A DNA stretch of 47,826 nucleotides, taken from contig CAWVXU010000011.1 of the NCBI GenBank assembly GCA_963934255.1, forward strand, positions 1 to 47,826, written 5' to 3'. The DNA is from an uncultured Fibrobacterales bacterium. Its GTDB lineage: Bacteria; Fibrobacterota; Fibrobacteria; Fibrobacterales; CAWVXU01. The notes beneath the pieces were generated by a model. The model did not search any database, was not told the origin of the DNA, and saw only the letters and a list, made by a program, of their open reading frames with translations. How positions within the stretch are numbered: position 1 is the first letter of the stretch; the number at the start of each line of letters is the position of its first letter. This document shows positions 9,250 through 17,836 of this stretch, piece by piece. The position numbers and the translations under genes are program-made.

Positions 9250-10613
9250 GCTTTTCTCCTCATTAATTTAATAATCTTATTTGGATGTAAAAATATAGGA
9301 AAATTCCAAAAACCTAGCTTCTGCTTAATGACTAAAATACAAATGACATTATTCAGTACAATTGATATTAAGCTAGCCCACGCAGCACCAATAATTCCAT
9401 ATATCGGGATCCACCAAAAACTAAGCGATATGAGTGAACTAAGAGACAGTAGTAATATATTTTGAAATATCTTTTCATTGCCAGTCATTTGCAAGATATT
9501 GACAGTTGGACCAGCTGCTGCTGCAATGAAACGACCCATTGCCAAAATAATTAAAACTTGTGCTCCGGCTTTAAATTCGTCACCATAGAAATTCAAAATA
9601 AACTCGGGAAATATCAAACAAAACAGGACCACAGGCATGGATACTATAAAACTGAGCGTTGTAGCAATGTTTGCAATTGATTTGAGCTTTTTATTATCAC
9701 CTTGTATGTAGGCCTCTGCAAATTGAGGGGTTGTTATTGAATTGACTGCTTTAAGTGCAATAGCTGAAAGCATTGAAATCTTAACTGCAGCTGCATAAAT
9801 TCCGATATCAGCTTCGCTTACAAATCGGCCAAGAAGTTGTATGCTCACCTGTGACATAATCACACCCATTGAGCTTGCTAGAGCTAGTGGTAAGGCGAGT
9901 TTAAATAAGCCATTTGAAATAGGTATTGAATTAGACTCCTCGCTCAAATATTCAGGCTTCTTGTTGGTTTGCGACTTTATTTTATAATAAGCATAACTTA
10001 TAGCTAACATGCCAGTAATTAAAGTCGAAGTCACATAACTAAAAACTTCTGGTCTAAAATTCACTGAATCTTGAGATATAATTTTGAAAACAAAACCACT
10101 CAAAAGGATGATTGAACAAAGCTGTAAAGCTCCTAATCGAAAAAATGTATAGCTTTTGATTTTTTTCAAACCACGTAAAGACTCACTTGATACAATCATC
10201 AAACTTAAGCCTACTATCGCTGGTGCGAAGTATTTCAAAAGATTTAAATACTGAGGCTTTTGATACCAATGAACGAGAAGTAAATCCGAGAGAAACCAGA
10301 ACAGAACACTTAAAATAACAGATGAATAAAAAACATAGCTTGACACTTTTTTAAAGTACGTAAGTATTGATAAATTATCATTTTTGGTTTTTAATTGAGC
10401 AATAATTTTAACCGACGCACGATCAAATCCCATGACACTGACTATAGTCAATATGTTCAAAAGAGACACGCCTAGACTAAGAAGCCCAAATGACTCCGCA
10501 CCATAATGGCGGCTCACAATAATCCCGAACAAATAGCCTGCCATCATTCCCACAATTTGAATAACGAACGAAGAACTTGCTTTTTTAATAATAGCCTTAA
10601 GTTGTTCGCTCAT
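9246..10613 (-). CDS. wzx: Wzx flippase (MOP/MATE-like polysaccharide repeat-unit flippase)
   Basis: About 12 TM segments, with SRHYGAESFG, DIGIYAAA, FYGDEF and IPIYGIIGAAWA. Start is uncertain between 10613 and 10625. Confidence 0.88.
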   Translation of the reverse strand: MSEQLKAIIKKASSSFVIQIVGMMAGYLFGIIVSRHYGAESFGLLSLGVSLLNILTIVSVMGFDRASVKIIAQLKTKNDNLSILTYFKKVSSYVFYSSVILSVLFWFLSDLLLVHWYQKPQYLNLLKYFAPAIVGLSLMIVSSESLRGLKKIKSYTFFRLGALQLCSIILLSGFVFKIISQDSVNFRPEVFSYVTSTLITGMLAISYAYYKIKSQTNKKPEYLSEESNSIPISNGLFKLALPLALASSMGVIMSQVSIQLLGRFVSEADIGIYAAAVKISMLSAIALKAVNSITTPQFAEAYIQGDNKKLKSIANIATTLSFIVSMPVVLFCLIFPEFILNFYGDEFKAGAQVLIILAMGRFIAAAAGPTVNILQMTGNEKIFQNILLLSLSSLISLSFWWIPIYGIIGAAWASLISIVLNNVICILVIKQKLGFWNFPIFLHPNKIIKLMRRKA

Positions 10614-11478
10614 CAGGCTCATCAAGTAAGTTTTTAAAATAAAGGTAGAGTGGTTTTGTTAATGCATAGACGATCCAAATAAAGTTAGACATGAATATTG
10701 CAAGAATCAGCATTAAAATTTTGTTTGGCTTAGAAGGTTTAAGTGGGACAACAGATGAGTCAATGATATCGAAAGATAAATCATCTGCGAGCATTTCTTT
10801 TTCAATCTCATAAGCTAACAGCACTTGGATTTTCGAAAGTATCATGGGATTTTGAGTTCTGCCGAGTCTTGATTTTAAAAACTTTTGATTTCGTTTTGAC
10901 TTCTCTATCACATTACTTTTAAGATAAAAATTGACATCCTTTAAAAAGCGATCTACCCAAATCTTAGACTGTCCTTCACCTTGGATTGTCATACTAATTG
11001 TAATTGCACCCGCAGTAGCATCCTTTATAATAACTAAAATATCATCTTTAAACTTTGTCACACCTTTAAGGGTACTAGGCTGAAGTCTCTTCTTCTCTAT
11101 AGTCCATTTCGAAGCTGTAGAATCCCAATCTTTATAAAAGATGGCCGGAAGTAAATCATACTTCTCAATGTAAGACGAAATAAAATCTCCACTCTCCATC
11201 AGAAGTACTGTCTTGTCCATATTTGTCGAACCACCCACGCCAAGTGTAGCACCTACCATTGAACCAAGGCCGCCTAATTTTGAAAGTAAATCTGCCGACG
11301 ATGGACCTTCAGCTTCTTTTGGAGAGATTACTATACTAGAAGTATAGAAAGGGGTCGCCCATAAAATAAGATAACAAAAGGTTAATGTAACGATGACCGA
11401 GTGAATGATCATCCAGGACCATTTGCGTTTCCATGCCAGTCGAATCACTGACGCCAAATCAAAATCATTTGAATCCAT
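10597..11478 (-). CDS. wzz: Wzz-type chain-length determinant / polysaccharide co-polymerase (no tyrosine kinase domain)
   Basis: FDLASVIRLAWKRK N-terminus, two TMs flanking a periplasmic domain, and VPLKPSKPNK before the last TM. RBS AGGAG at 11484-11488. Confidence 0.85.
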   Translation of the reverse strand: MDSNDFDLASVIRLAWKRKWSWMIIHSVIVTLTFCYLILWATPFYTSSIVISPKEAEGPSSADLLSKLGGLGSMVGATLGVGGSTNMDKTVLLMESGDFISSYIEKYDLLPAIFYKDWDSTASKWTIEKKRLQPSTLKGVTKFKDDILVIIKDATAGAITISMTIQGEGQSKIWVDRFLKDVNFYLKSNVIEKSKRNQKFLKSRLGRTQNPMILSKIQVLLAYEIEKEMLADDLSFDIIDSSVVPLKPSKPNKILMLILAIFMSNFIWIVYALTKPLYLYFKNLLDEPDERTT

Positions 11479-11486
11479 GTGAACTC

Positions 11487-14186
11487 CTAAAGTTGCCCAG
11501 AACGCTGCATGATGGTAATGACGGCCACCATCGCACTAAGCGCAATAGTGATACCTTGCACGAATTCTTTATAATCAAATTCGTCATCTTCACTCGGTTC
11601 AATATATGCTTTAAATGGTACAATTACCTTTGAGCCCGAAACAATCTCTGGTCCTCCGGTAAACCAACCTGGATCAGCTTTGAGACTTTGTCCATTTGGA
11701 TAGATGATATAAACTTTTTCAATATCTGCTGTGTCAAGAACTCCACCACCACCAAGGTTCACATAGTCCTCCCAATTCCAATCAGGATTAAATGTTGACA
11801 TTCCGGGGCTAAGCACAGCACCTTCAATAGATACTGAATGATTATTTTGTGTCACGAATATTGTATCACCACCGTGGGCTTTGGTGTGTGAGTCTAATTT
11901 CCATTTATCTTCTGACTTAACTGTTCTGACTGGTATTGCACTGAGGTCTAATGAGTCACGCTTGATAGAAACTCCAAATATATTTCCACGAACTGTTAAG
12001 CCACCTGCTCGATTGACAATAGATTGGACTGACTCGCCAATTCCTAATACTGAATAGCTACCTGGGGCCGCAACTTCTCCGATAAGAGTAACAAACTCTG
12101 GGGCACCCTTTTTAGGGTCTAATTTAAAAGTAACCATCGCGCCAGGTTGTATCAAGCTATTGTTGTTTAAGTTTTCGCTTGTGATTGAGAAAAACTGTGG
12201 TTTGACAAAGTTTTCAGCTTTTTCAAAATCAGGATTTGAAATCTCTACTCTTGATGAATCAACTTGATATGAAAACTCAGGTATATGAGACATAATTAAC
12301 CCCAGGTTAAGTTCAGTTGAGTATGGCAAAAGCGTTGCTTCTTGGCCCGGGTACAAAACAACTACCGGAGGTGAATTTTGATGGAGCTTTTTATTTACTA
12401 CAACAACACGGTCGTTCTTTTCTAGAAGTGTGCTTCTTAAAAAATCTTTTTGAGATACTTCTAGTTTTGAAAGTAATTTTTTTTCTGGGCCAACAGCAAT
12501 GTACTCGCCACGACCTGACTCTGTTGTTCTAATAACAACCATGCGGGCCATTGAACCATCTAGTGCTCCACCAGAGCGTTGGATAGCCGCAGCAAGACTC
12601 ATATTTTTGGTCCAAAATATTTTACCTGGTAGTTCAACGTTACCAAGTACTTCAATTGAGTCTCTATTGGCTAAAGCATTTTGATGCCATGTTAAAACTG
12701 AGTCACCATAACTCAGGATAAAACTTTTTAGACTCGATTCATCGTTGACTAATGTGAAGGCATTGCGAATACCTTCTTTGTTGCGCACAACTTCAATATC
12801 TGGTTGAGCATGTTCTCTGAGTCCACCTGCTTTTTCAATCAAGTCCCAAAGAGATGTTTTACCATCTTCAATTGAGTAAAGGCCCGGGAGTCTCACACCA
12901 TCGCCGGACACCCATGCATGGTTGCCAAGACGAACTGCTTTTCCCATAAATCTTAACCGGTCATGGTTTTGCAATTTGAATTTTATCCAAGAGTTCTTGC
13001 GAAGATCCAAATCAACGACTTCTCTACTAGCCCCTTTTTTCTCAATATCTTTCAGAGCAATTGTACGTTCAACTGAAAGTGAGAATGCCTGCTCGGGATC
13101 TTCTAGGCCACCCGCATATTCAATCAGCTCACTTAATTTTTCATTGATTTTAGACTCAAAAATACCAGGGTTTCTCACACCATTTTCAATCTTAACTACT
13201 GGGCCTAAATTATTAAAATGAATAATATCACCTGATTGGAGACCACGCTCTTTCATCTTGCCCTTATGTAAAAATTTATAAAGGTCAAAAGTCTGAATCA
13301 CTTTACCGCCACGAATCAGCTCAATGTCACGGACTGAACCAAAATCATTGGGGCCAGAACTCATCACAAGCGCTTGCCATAGTGTGTAATAGGGAGGAAT
13401 GGGGAATGCACCTATGCTTGCTGCGGCGCCAGAAATACGGACTGAAATAGTACTCGTTGCGATAATGCGCATCTCGCCTTGAACGCCTGCCATATCCTTT
13501 AAAGTTCGAGACATGAAGTTTCTCAGTGAACGGTAGGTCATGCCTTTCAAGTATACTTGTTTATTAAAGGGTTCTAAAAATGCAAATCCATCAGCTCCTA
13601 CACTGATAACTTGTTCATGATTAACTGAGCCCCAAAGGCGGAATAAAACCTGATCACCTTCTTGAATCACATAATCAGAGGGGATTTTACCCGCTTTTAA
13701 TTCTTCTGGTGAAAACTCTTTGAAGTAAGATCGACCATAAATTTTAGAGTGAGGGAATTCTTTAGCATCTTCAATAGCTATTGAATCAAGAGCAGCTGAA
13801 TCAAGTGGCGGCAGAACAAATTTATTCCAAAGCGCCGTGTCGGCATAAAGTTCACCCATAAATATCGAATCATTCATTAATGAATCAAGCTTTATACTAT
13901 CCAAAAACCCACCAGATTCTACCATCGCCCTCTGAAGTGGTGAAAGGCTATCGAGCGGATTGAACTGATAAGTCGAATCCAATATCATCACGTCACCTGA
14001 ACTCATCACCAAGGAATCAGTTGCTTCAGGAGCTTTTTGAGAGCTGTATTTACTTGCCACCGCATCCAAAAGAGATGGGTTTTGAGCAATCATGTCTTCA
14101 ATATCACCCGAACTCGGTGTAAATTGAGCAAAACTCAATGAAAATGAGGCCAAAACAGCCATAAGCAATGTAATAAGGATCCGCAT
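11487..14186 (-). CDS. Large OPX polysaccharide export protein with multiple SLBB beta-grasp domains (Wza/KpsD/OtnA-like)
   Basis: Signal peptide, Poly_export motif PSDYVIQEGDQV..WGS, repeated G.V..PG...L...AGG units and a C-terminal amphipathic helix. RBS AAGGAG. Confidence 0.88.
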   Translation of the reverse strand: MRILITLLMAVLASFSLSFAQFTPSSGDIEDMIAQNPSLLDAVASKYSSQKAPEATDSLVMSSGDVMILDSTYQFNPLDSLSPLQRAMVESGGFLDSIKLDSLMNDSIFMGELYADTALWNKFVLPPLDSAALDSIAIEDAKEFPHSKIYGRSYFKEFSPEELKAGKIPSDYVIQEGDQVLFRLWGSVNHEQVISVGADGFAFLEPFNKQVYLKGMTYRSLRNFMSRTLKDMAGVQGEMRIIATSTISVRISGAAASIGAFPIPPYYTLWQALVMSSGPNDFGSVRDIELIRGGKVIQTFDLYKFLHKGKMKERGLQSGDIIHFNNLGPVVKIENGVRNPGIFESKINEKLSELIEYAGGLEDPEQAFSLSVERTIALKDIEKKGASREVVDLDLRKNSWIKFKLQNHDRLRFMGKAVRLGNHAWVSGDGVRLPGLYSIEDGKTSLWDLIEKAGGLREHAQPDIEVVRNKEGIRNAFTLVNDESSLKSFILSYGDSVLTWHQNALANRDSIEVLGNVELPGKIFWTKNMSLAAAIQRSGGALDGSMARMVVIRTTESGRGEYIAVGPEKKLLSKLEVSQKDFLRSTLLEKNDRVVVVNKKLHQNSPPVVVLYPGQEATLLPYSTELNLGLIMSHIPEFSYQVDSSRVEISNPDFEKAENFVKPQFFSITSENLNNNSLIQPGAMVTFKLDPKKGAPEFVTLIGEVAAPGSYSVLGIGESVQSIVNRAGGLTVRGNIFGVSIKRDSLDLSAIPVRTVKSEDKWKLDSHTKAHGGDTIFVTQNNHSVSIEGAVLSPGMSTFNPDWNWEDYVNLGGGGVLDTADIEKVYIIYPNGQSLKADPGWFTGGPEIVSGSKVIVPFKAYIEPSEDDEFDYKEFVQGITIALSAMVAVITIMQRSGQL

Positions 14187-14277
14187 TTGAGCTCCTTTTT
14201 TTAAACTATAAATATTGCTGTAAATCTAGTAAATTCAACGCAATATAAAGCTTTCACTACCCCTTAATAAAAGGCTG

Positions 14278-14288
14278 TTTGCTATATT
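14278..14288 (+). promoter_or_regulatory. Putative extended -10 promoter (TTTGcTATATT) for a leaderless wecA-cysQ transcript
   Basis: TG-n-TATATT ends 7 nt before ATG 14296, and there is no Shine-Dalgarno sequence. Confidence 0.5.
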
Positions 14289-14295
14289 ATTGCAT

Positions 14296-16233
14296 ATGAT
14301 TGAGTTTTCTCTACTTCAAAACTTCCCTAAGCTACTGATATTCTCTCTTTTACTGGGGGTCGTCCTATCCATATTGCTCACTCCCCAAGTGATTAAATTT
14401 GCCCACAAATGGGGAGTAGTCGATCAGCCTAACGAACGCAAAGTACACCAATTTGCTATGCCGCGGATGGGTGGATTAGCTGTTTTCGTTAGTTTCTTTA
14501 TAACACTGGCTTGTGTTTTTCCTTGGCTCCCCGAAGGCGACAATCAAGCGCTTTATGGTTTACTGATAGGTGGAGTCTTCATATTTGCACTTGGACTTTA
14601 CGATGATTTTAAAGAAATCTCCGCCAAATACAAGTTTTTAGCACAGATACTCGTTGCTCTCTTTATCGCCTCTCAAGGTGTTTTGGTTCAAGAAATTGAC
14701 CTCCCACTATTTAGTTCACCCTTGTCTCTTGATTGGTATATCAGCTGGCCTCTGACGATTATTTGGATTGTGGGGGTTTGTAATGCTATTAACCTTATGG
14801 ATGGACTTGATGGTTTAGCAGCCGGTATTAGCCTGATTGTACTCGTGACTATCTCGGCTGTGGCACTTCTCTCACAAAATTACCTGGTTGCATGGATTTC
14901 AATTCCACTCATCGGAAGCCTGCTCGGATTCTTAAAATACAACTTCAATCCTGCCAAAATTTTCATGGGCGATTGTGGCTCGCTTTTTTTAGGCTATATG
15001 CTTGCTTCGCTTAGCTTACTCAATTCGAGTCTTGAAACATCGACCGTCTCGTTAATCATGCCCGTTGTCGCGCTTGGTCTGCCGATTTTTGACACTGTTT
15101 TCTCAATGATACGACGTGTTTTAGTGGGCAAAAAAATGTTTCAACCAGACAAAGAACATGTACATCACCAAATCCTCCGCAAAGGGTTTTCTCATAAACA
15201 AACTGTAATCATTCTTTACCTAATCGCCAGTGCCTTTTGCATACTCTCATTTGCTTTTATTGCTATGAAAAACAAAGGTCTAGCTGCACTAATATTACTT
15301 TATCCTTTAATGTTTTACTGGCTAGTGCGCAGGCTGGGTTATCTCGGTAAAATTGCCACTATTCGAAATCGTTGGCTGCGCCGCCTCACAAGAAATGTCT
15401 ACGCCCAAGATTATAAACTGGATACTTCTGCGACTAGATTTTTTAGATATCTGACTTCCAACTCTAAATTTTTGATGATTTTGGATTTAGTTTCATGGTC
15501 TTTGACATGGAGTGTTGCACTTTGGTTTGTCCACCCTACGTTTGTTTGGAATTCTAGCGCTATTGCCAACCTCAGCCATTCATTTGGACTTTACCTCATA
15601 TTTAACGTCATTACCTTTAAATTGTGGCTCTGCTATATATTTGTTTGGAGATTTTTAGAGTTCAATAGCATCGGTCGATTCTATAAATCTAGTTCCATTT
15701 CTATTTTGTCTTCTTACTTGTTGATGCCCTTTGTCGCTCCCAACAACTTACTCACTAATCGCTTTTTTATTCTGTTATGGATATTAAATATTGTTGCCAT
15801 TACCTTAATTAGGGTAGGCCACAACTACTATTTCAACTTTGTAAAAAGAGAAGCTTCTCATCTAAAAGAGGGTGAAAAAGTTCTGATCTATGGTTGTGGT
15901 GATAATGCTAAGCTCATTCAAACGTTATTTACTCGCATGGATAACTTACAATATAATTTGATTGGATTTATCGATGACGACCCTCTTAAGCAAGGTAAAT
16001 GCATCTATAGATATCCTGTAGTTGGCACCACTTTAGAGCTTGCTGGAATCATTAAAGAGCATGAGATTACTGATTTAGTTTTCTCAACTATCCCCACAAT
16101 TAAAAACATGGAACTACTTGAAGAACTTGATCGAAAACATGAAATCAAACTAACTGTTTTTTCTGTTGAACTACATGAAGTTCACAACATGGATTCTTTA
16201 CGATCGACTATTCAACAAAAATTAGGAGTTTAA
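14296..16233 (+). CDS. wecA: WecA/MraY-family undecaprenyl-phosphate HexNAc-1-phosphate transferase fused to a C-terminal TM + Rossmann-like module
   Basis: DQPNERKVH..MPRMGG, GLYDD, NAINLMDGLDGLA, FNPAKIFMGDCGS and DKEHVHH. The C-terminal module has VLIYGCGD..GFIDDDP.KQG. Confidence 0.88.
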   Translation: MIEFSLLQNFPKLLIFSLLLGVVLSILLTPQVIKFAHKWGVVDQPNERKVHQFAMPRMGGLAVFVSFFITLACVFPWLPEGDNQALYGLLIGGVFIFALGLYDDFKEISAKYKFLAQILVALFIASQGVLVQEIDLPLFSSPLSLDWYISWPLTIIWIVGVCNAINLMDGLDGLAAGISLIVLVTISAVALLSQNYLVAWISIPLIGSLLGFLKYNFNPAKIFMGDCGSLFLGYMLASLSLLNSSLETSTVSLIMPVVALGLPIFDTVFSMIRRVLVGKKMFQPDKEHVHHQILRKGFSHKQTVIILYLIASAFCILSFAFIAMKNKGLAALILLYPLMFYWLVRRLGYLGKIATIRNRWLRRLTRNVYAQDYKLDTSATRFFRYLTSNSKFLMILDLVSWSLTWSVALWFVHPTFVWNSSAIANLSHSFGLYLIFNVITFKLWLCYIFVWRFLEFNSIGRFYKSSSISILSSYLLMPFVAPNNLLTNRFFILLWILNIVAITLIRVGHNYYFNFVKREASHLKEGEKVLIYGCGDNAKLIQTLFTRMDNLQYNLIGFIDDDPLKQGKCIYRYPVVGTTLELAGIIKEHEITDLVFSTIPTIKNMELLEELDRKHEIKLTVFSVELHEVHNMDSLRSTIQQKLGV

Positions 16234-17004
16234 ATGCAACCTTCCATTGATATGAAAAAACTAGTAGAAATTGCCCAAGAAGCTGGTGATACTATTATGG
16301 AAATCTACAAACGCGACTTTACTATTGAATACAAAGAAGACGAATCTCCATTAACTGAAGCAGATAAAGCTGCTCACGAGGTGATCGTTAAAGGGCTCCA
16401 AGAGAATTGGCCAGAGATTCCGATACTATCTGAAGAAGGCAAAAGCATAGAATACTCTGAGCGAAAAGATTGGGAAAGCCTTTGGATTGTTGATCCTATA
16501 GATGGCACCAAAGAGTTTATTAAAAAAAATGGCGAGTTCACTGTAAATATTGCGCTTGCTTTTCAAAATGCAATCATTGGGGGTGTGGTTTATGCACCTG
16601 CTTTAGGAGCGATGTATTATGGCTTTGAAGGCTTAGGTGCATTTAAAACTCAAGATGGTGAAACGACTCAGCTTCAAGTAGAATCTTCTTTTACTACACC
16701 ATCAGAAGGTAAGGACCTTGTTGTCGTTGCAAGTCGCTCACATCGCAGCGAAGAGCTAGAAATCTACCTCGACAAACTTTCAATCAAAGAAGTTGTCTCC
16801 AAAGGTTCAAGTTTAAAAATATGCCAGGTAGCTGAAGGGTCCGCGGATCTTTATCCTCGTATTGGATTAACCATGGAGTGGGACACCGCAGCAGCCCATG
16901 CAATTGTGAAATTTGCTGGTGGTAACCTTTATCACGTAGGAACTCATCAAGAGCTCGACTACAATCGTGAAGAATTACTTAACCCTTATTTTGAAGTTTA
17001 TTAA
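16234..17004 (+). CDS. cysQ: 3'(2'),5'-bisphosphate nucleotidase CysQ (PAP phosphatase)
   Basis: SPLTEAD, LSEEG, WIVDPIDGTKEF, GEFTVNIAL, SRSH, GSSLK, TMEWDTAAAHAI, NPYF. Confidence 0.95.
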   Translation: MQPSIDMKKLVEIAQEAGDTIMEIYKRDFTIEYKEDESPLTEADKAAHEVIVKGLQENWPEIPILSEEGKSIEYSERKDWESLWIVDPIDGTKEFIKKNGEFTVNIALAFQNAIIGGVVYAPALGAMYYGFEGLGAFKTQDGETTQLQVESSFTTPSEGKDLVVVASRSHRSEELEIYLDKLSIKEVVSKGSSLKICQVAEGSADLYPRIGLTMEWDTAAAHAIVKFAGGNLYHVGTHQELDYNREELLNPYFEVY

Positions 17005-17049
17005 AACAGCATAAGTCAAATCAATGGTGATACTTCATCCTTGAATTAT

Positions 17050-17835
17050 TCATAAATTTAAGAAGTTTGTCAGTCGTTTTTTAAGCTTAATTTTTTTCAT
17101 TGCCTTCTCTAATTCGACCTTATGAATTAAATGTTTTTTTAAAATAACCGCACGCGCTAAGTCAAATTTTTCAAGGTCTCGACTGATGCGAACTCCGCTG
17201 TGGAGGCGATAATGAGTCAACACAATAGGGCTCACCATTAAATTCATTTTTGGTGCCAACCTAATCCAAAGTTCCCAGTCTTGTAGTGCCGGGATGAATT
17301 CATCAAAGCCACCCGCCCTTTTAAAAAAATCTTTACGAACTATAACAGCGGATGTGATTCCGATACAATTATCTTTTAGGATTTCTGTTTGAATTGATGG
17401 AAAAAATTTTGCTCGAGATATCTTTTTAAGATTACCATTAATTAAAGCTTGTCTTGAATGATAGAAGAAATTTAGCCCATGATTTCCTGCTAGATTATTT
17501 TGACCCTGAAGTAAATCATGAAATATTTCAAGTTTATTTGGAAGCCACAAATCATCATCATCTAAAAAAGCTAGCCAATCTCCAACAGCATTCTCTGCCG
17601 CTAGGTTTCGACAAACATTAGCGCCAGGCTCCTGAGTGTTTTCAAACACCCTTATTTTTATTTGATTTAATAATGATAATTTTAATTTATTAAGTTCATG
17701 CCTCGTATCATCAGTGCAATGGTCCAATACCACGATAATTTCAAAGTCAGTAAATGTTTGTCTTAAGACTGAGTCAATAGCTTCCTTAAGATAGTCTACA
17801 CGATTATGAGTAGGGATAACAACACTAACTAGCAT
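17050..17835 (-). CDS. GT2 family glycosyltransferase
   Basis: VSVVIPTHNR, SVLRQT, AFLDDDD, GGFDE..LQDWELWIR. ATG 17835 lies just after the ompA stop. Confidence 0.9.
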   Translation of the reverse strand: MLVSVVIPTHNRVDYLKEAIDSVLRQTFTDFEIIVVLDHCTDDTRHELNKLKLSLLNQIKIRVFENTQEPGANVCRNLAAENAVGDWLAFLDDDDLWLPNKLEIFHDLLQGQNNLAGNHGLNFFYHSRQALINGNLKKISRAKFFPSIQTEILKDNCIGITSAVIVRKDFFKRAGGFDEFIPALQDWELWIRLAPKMNLMVSPIVLTHYRLHSGVRISRDLEKFDLARAVILKKHLIHKVELEKAMKKIKLKKRLTNFLNL

Positions 17836-17836
17836 A

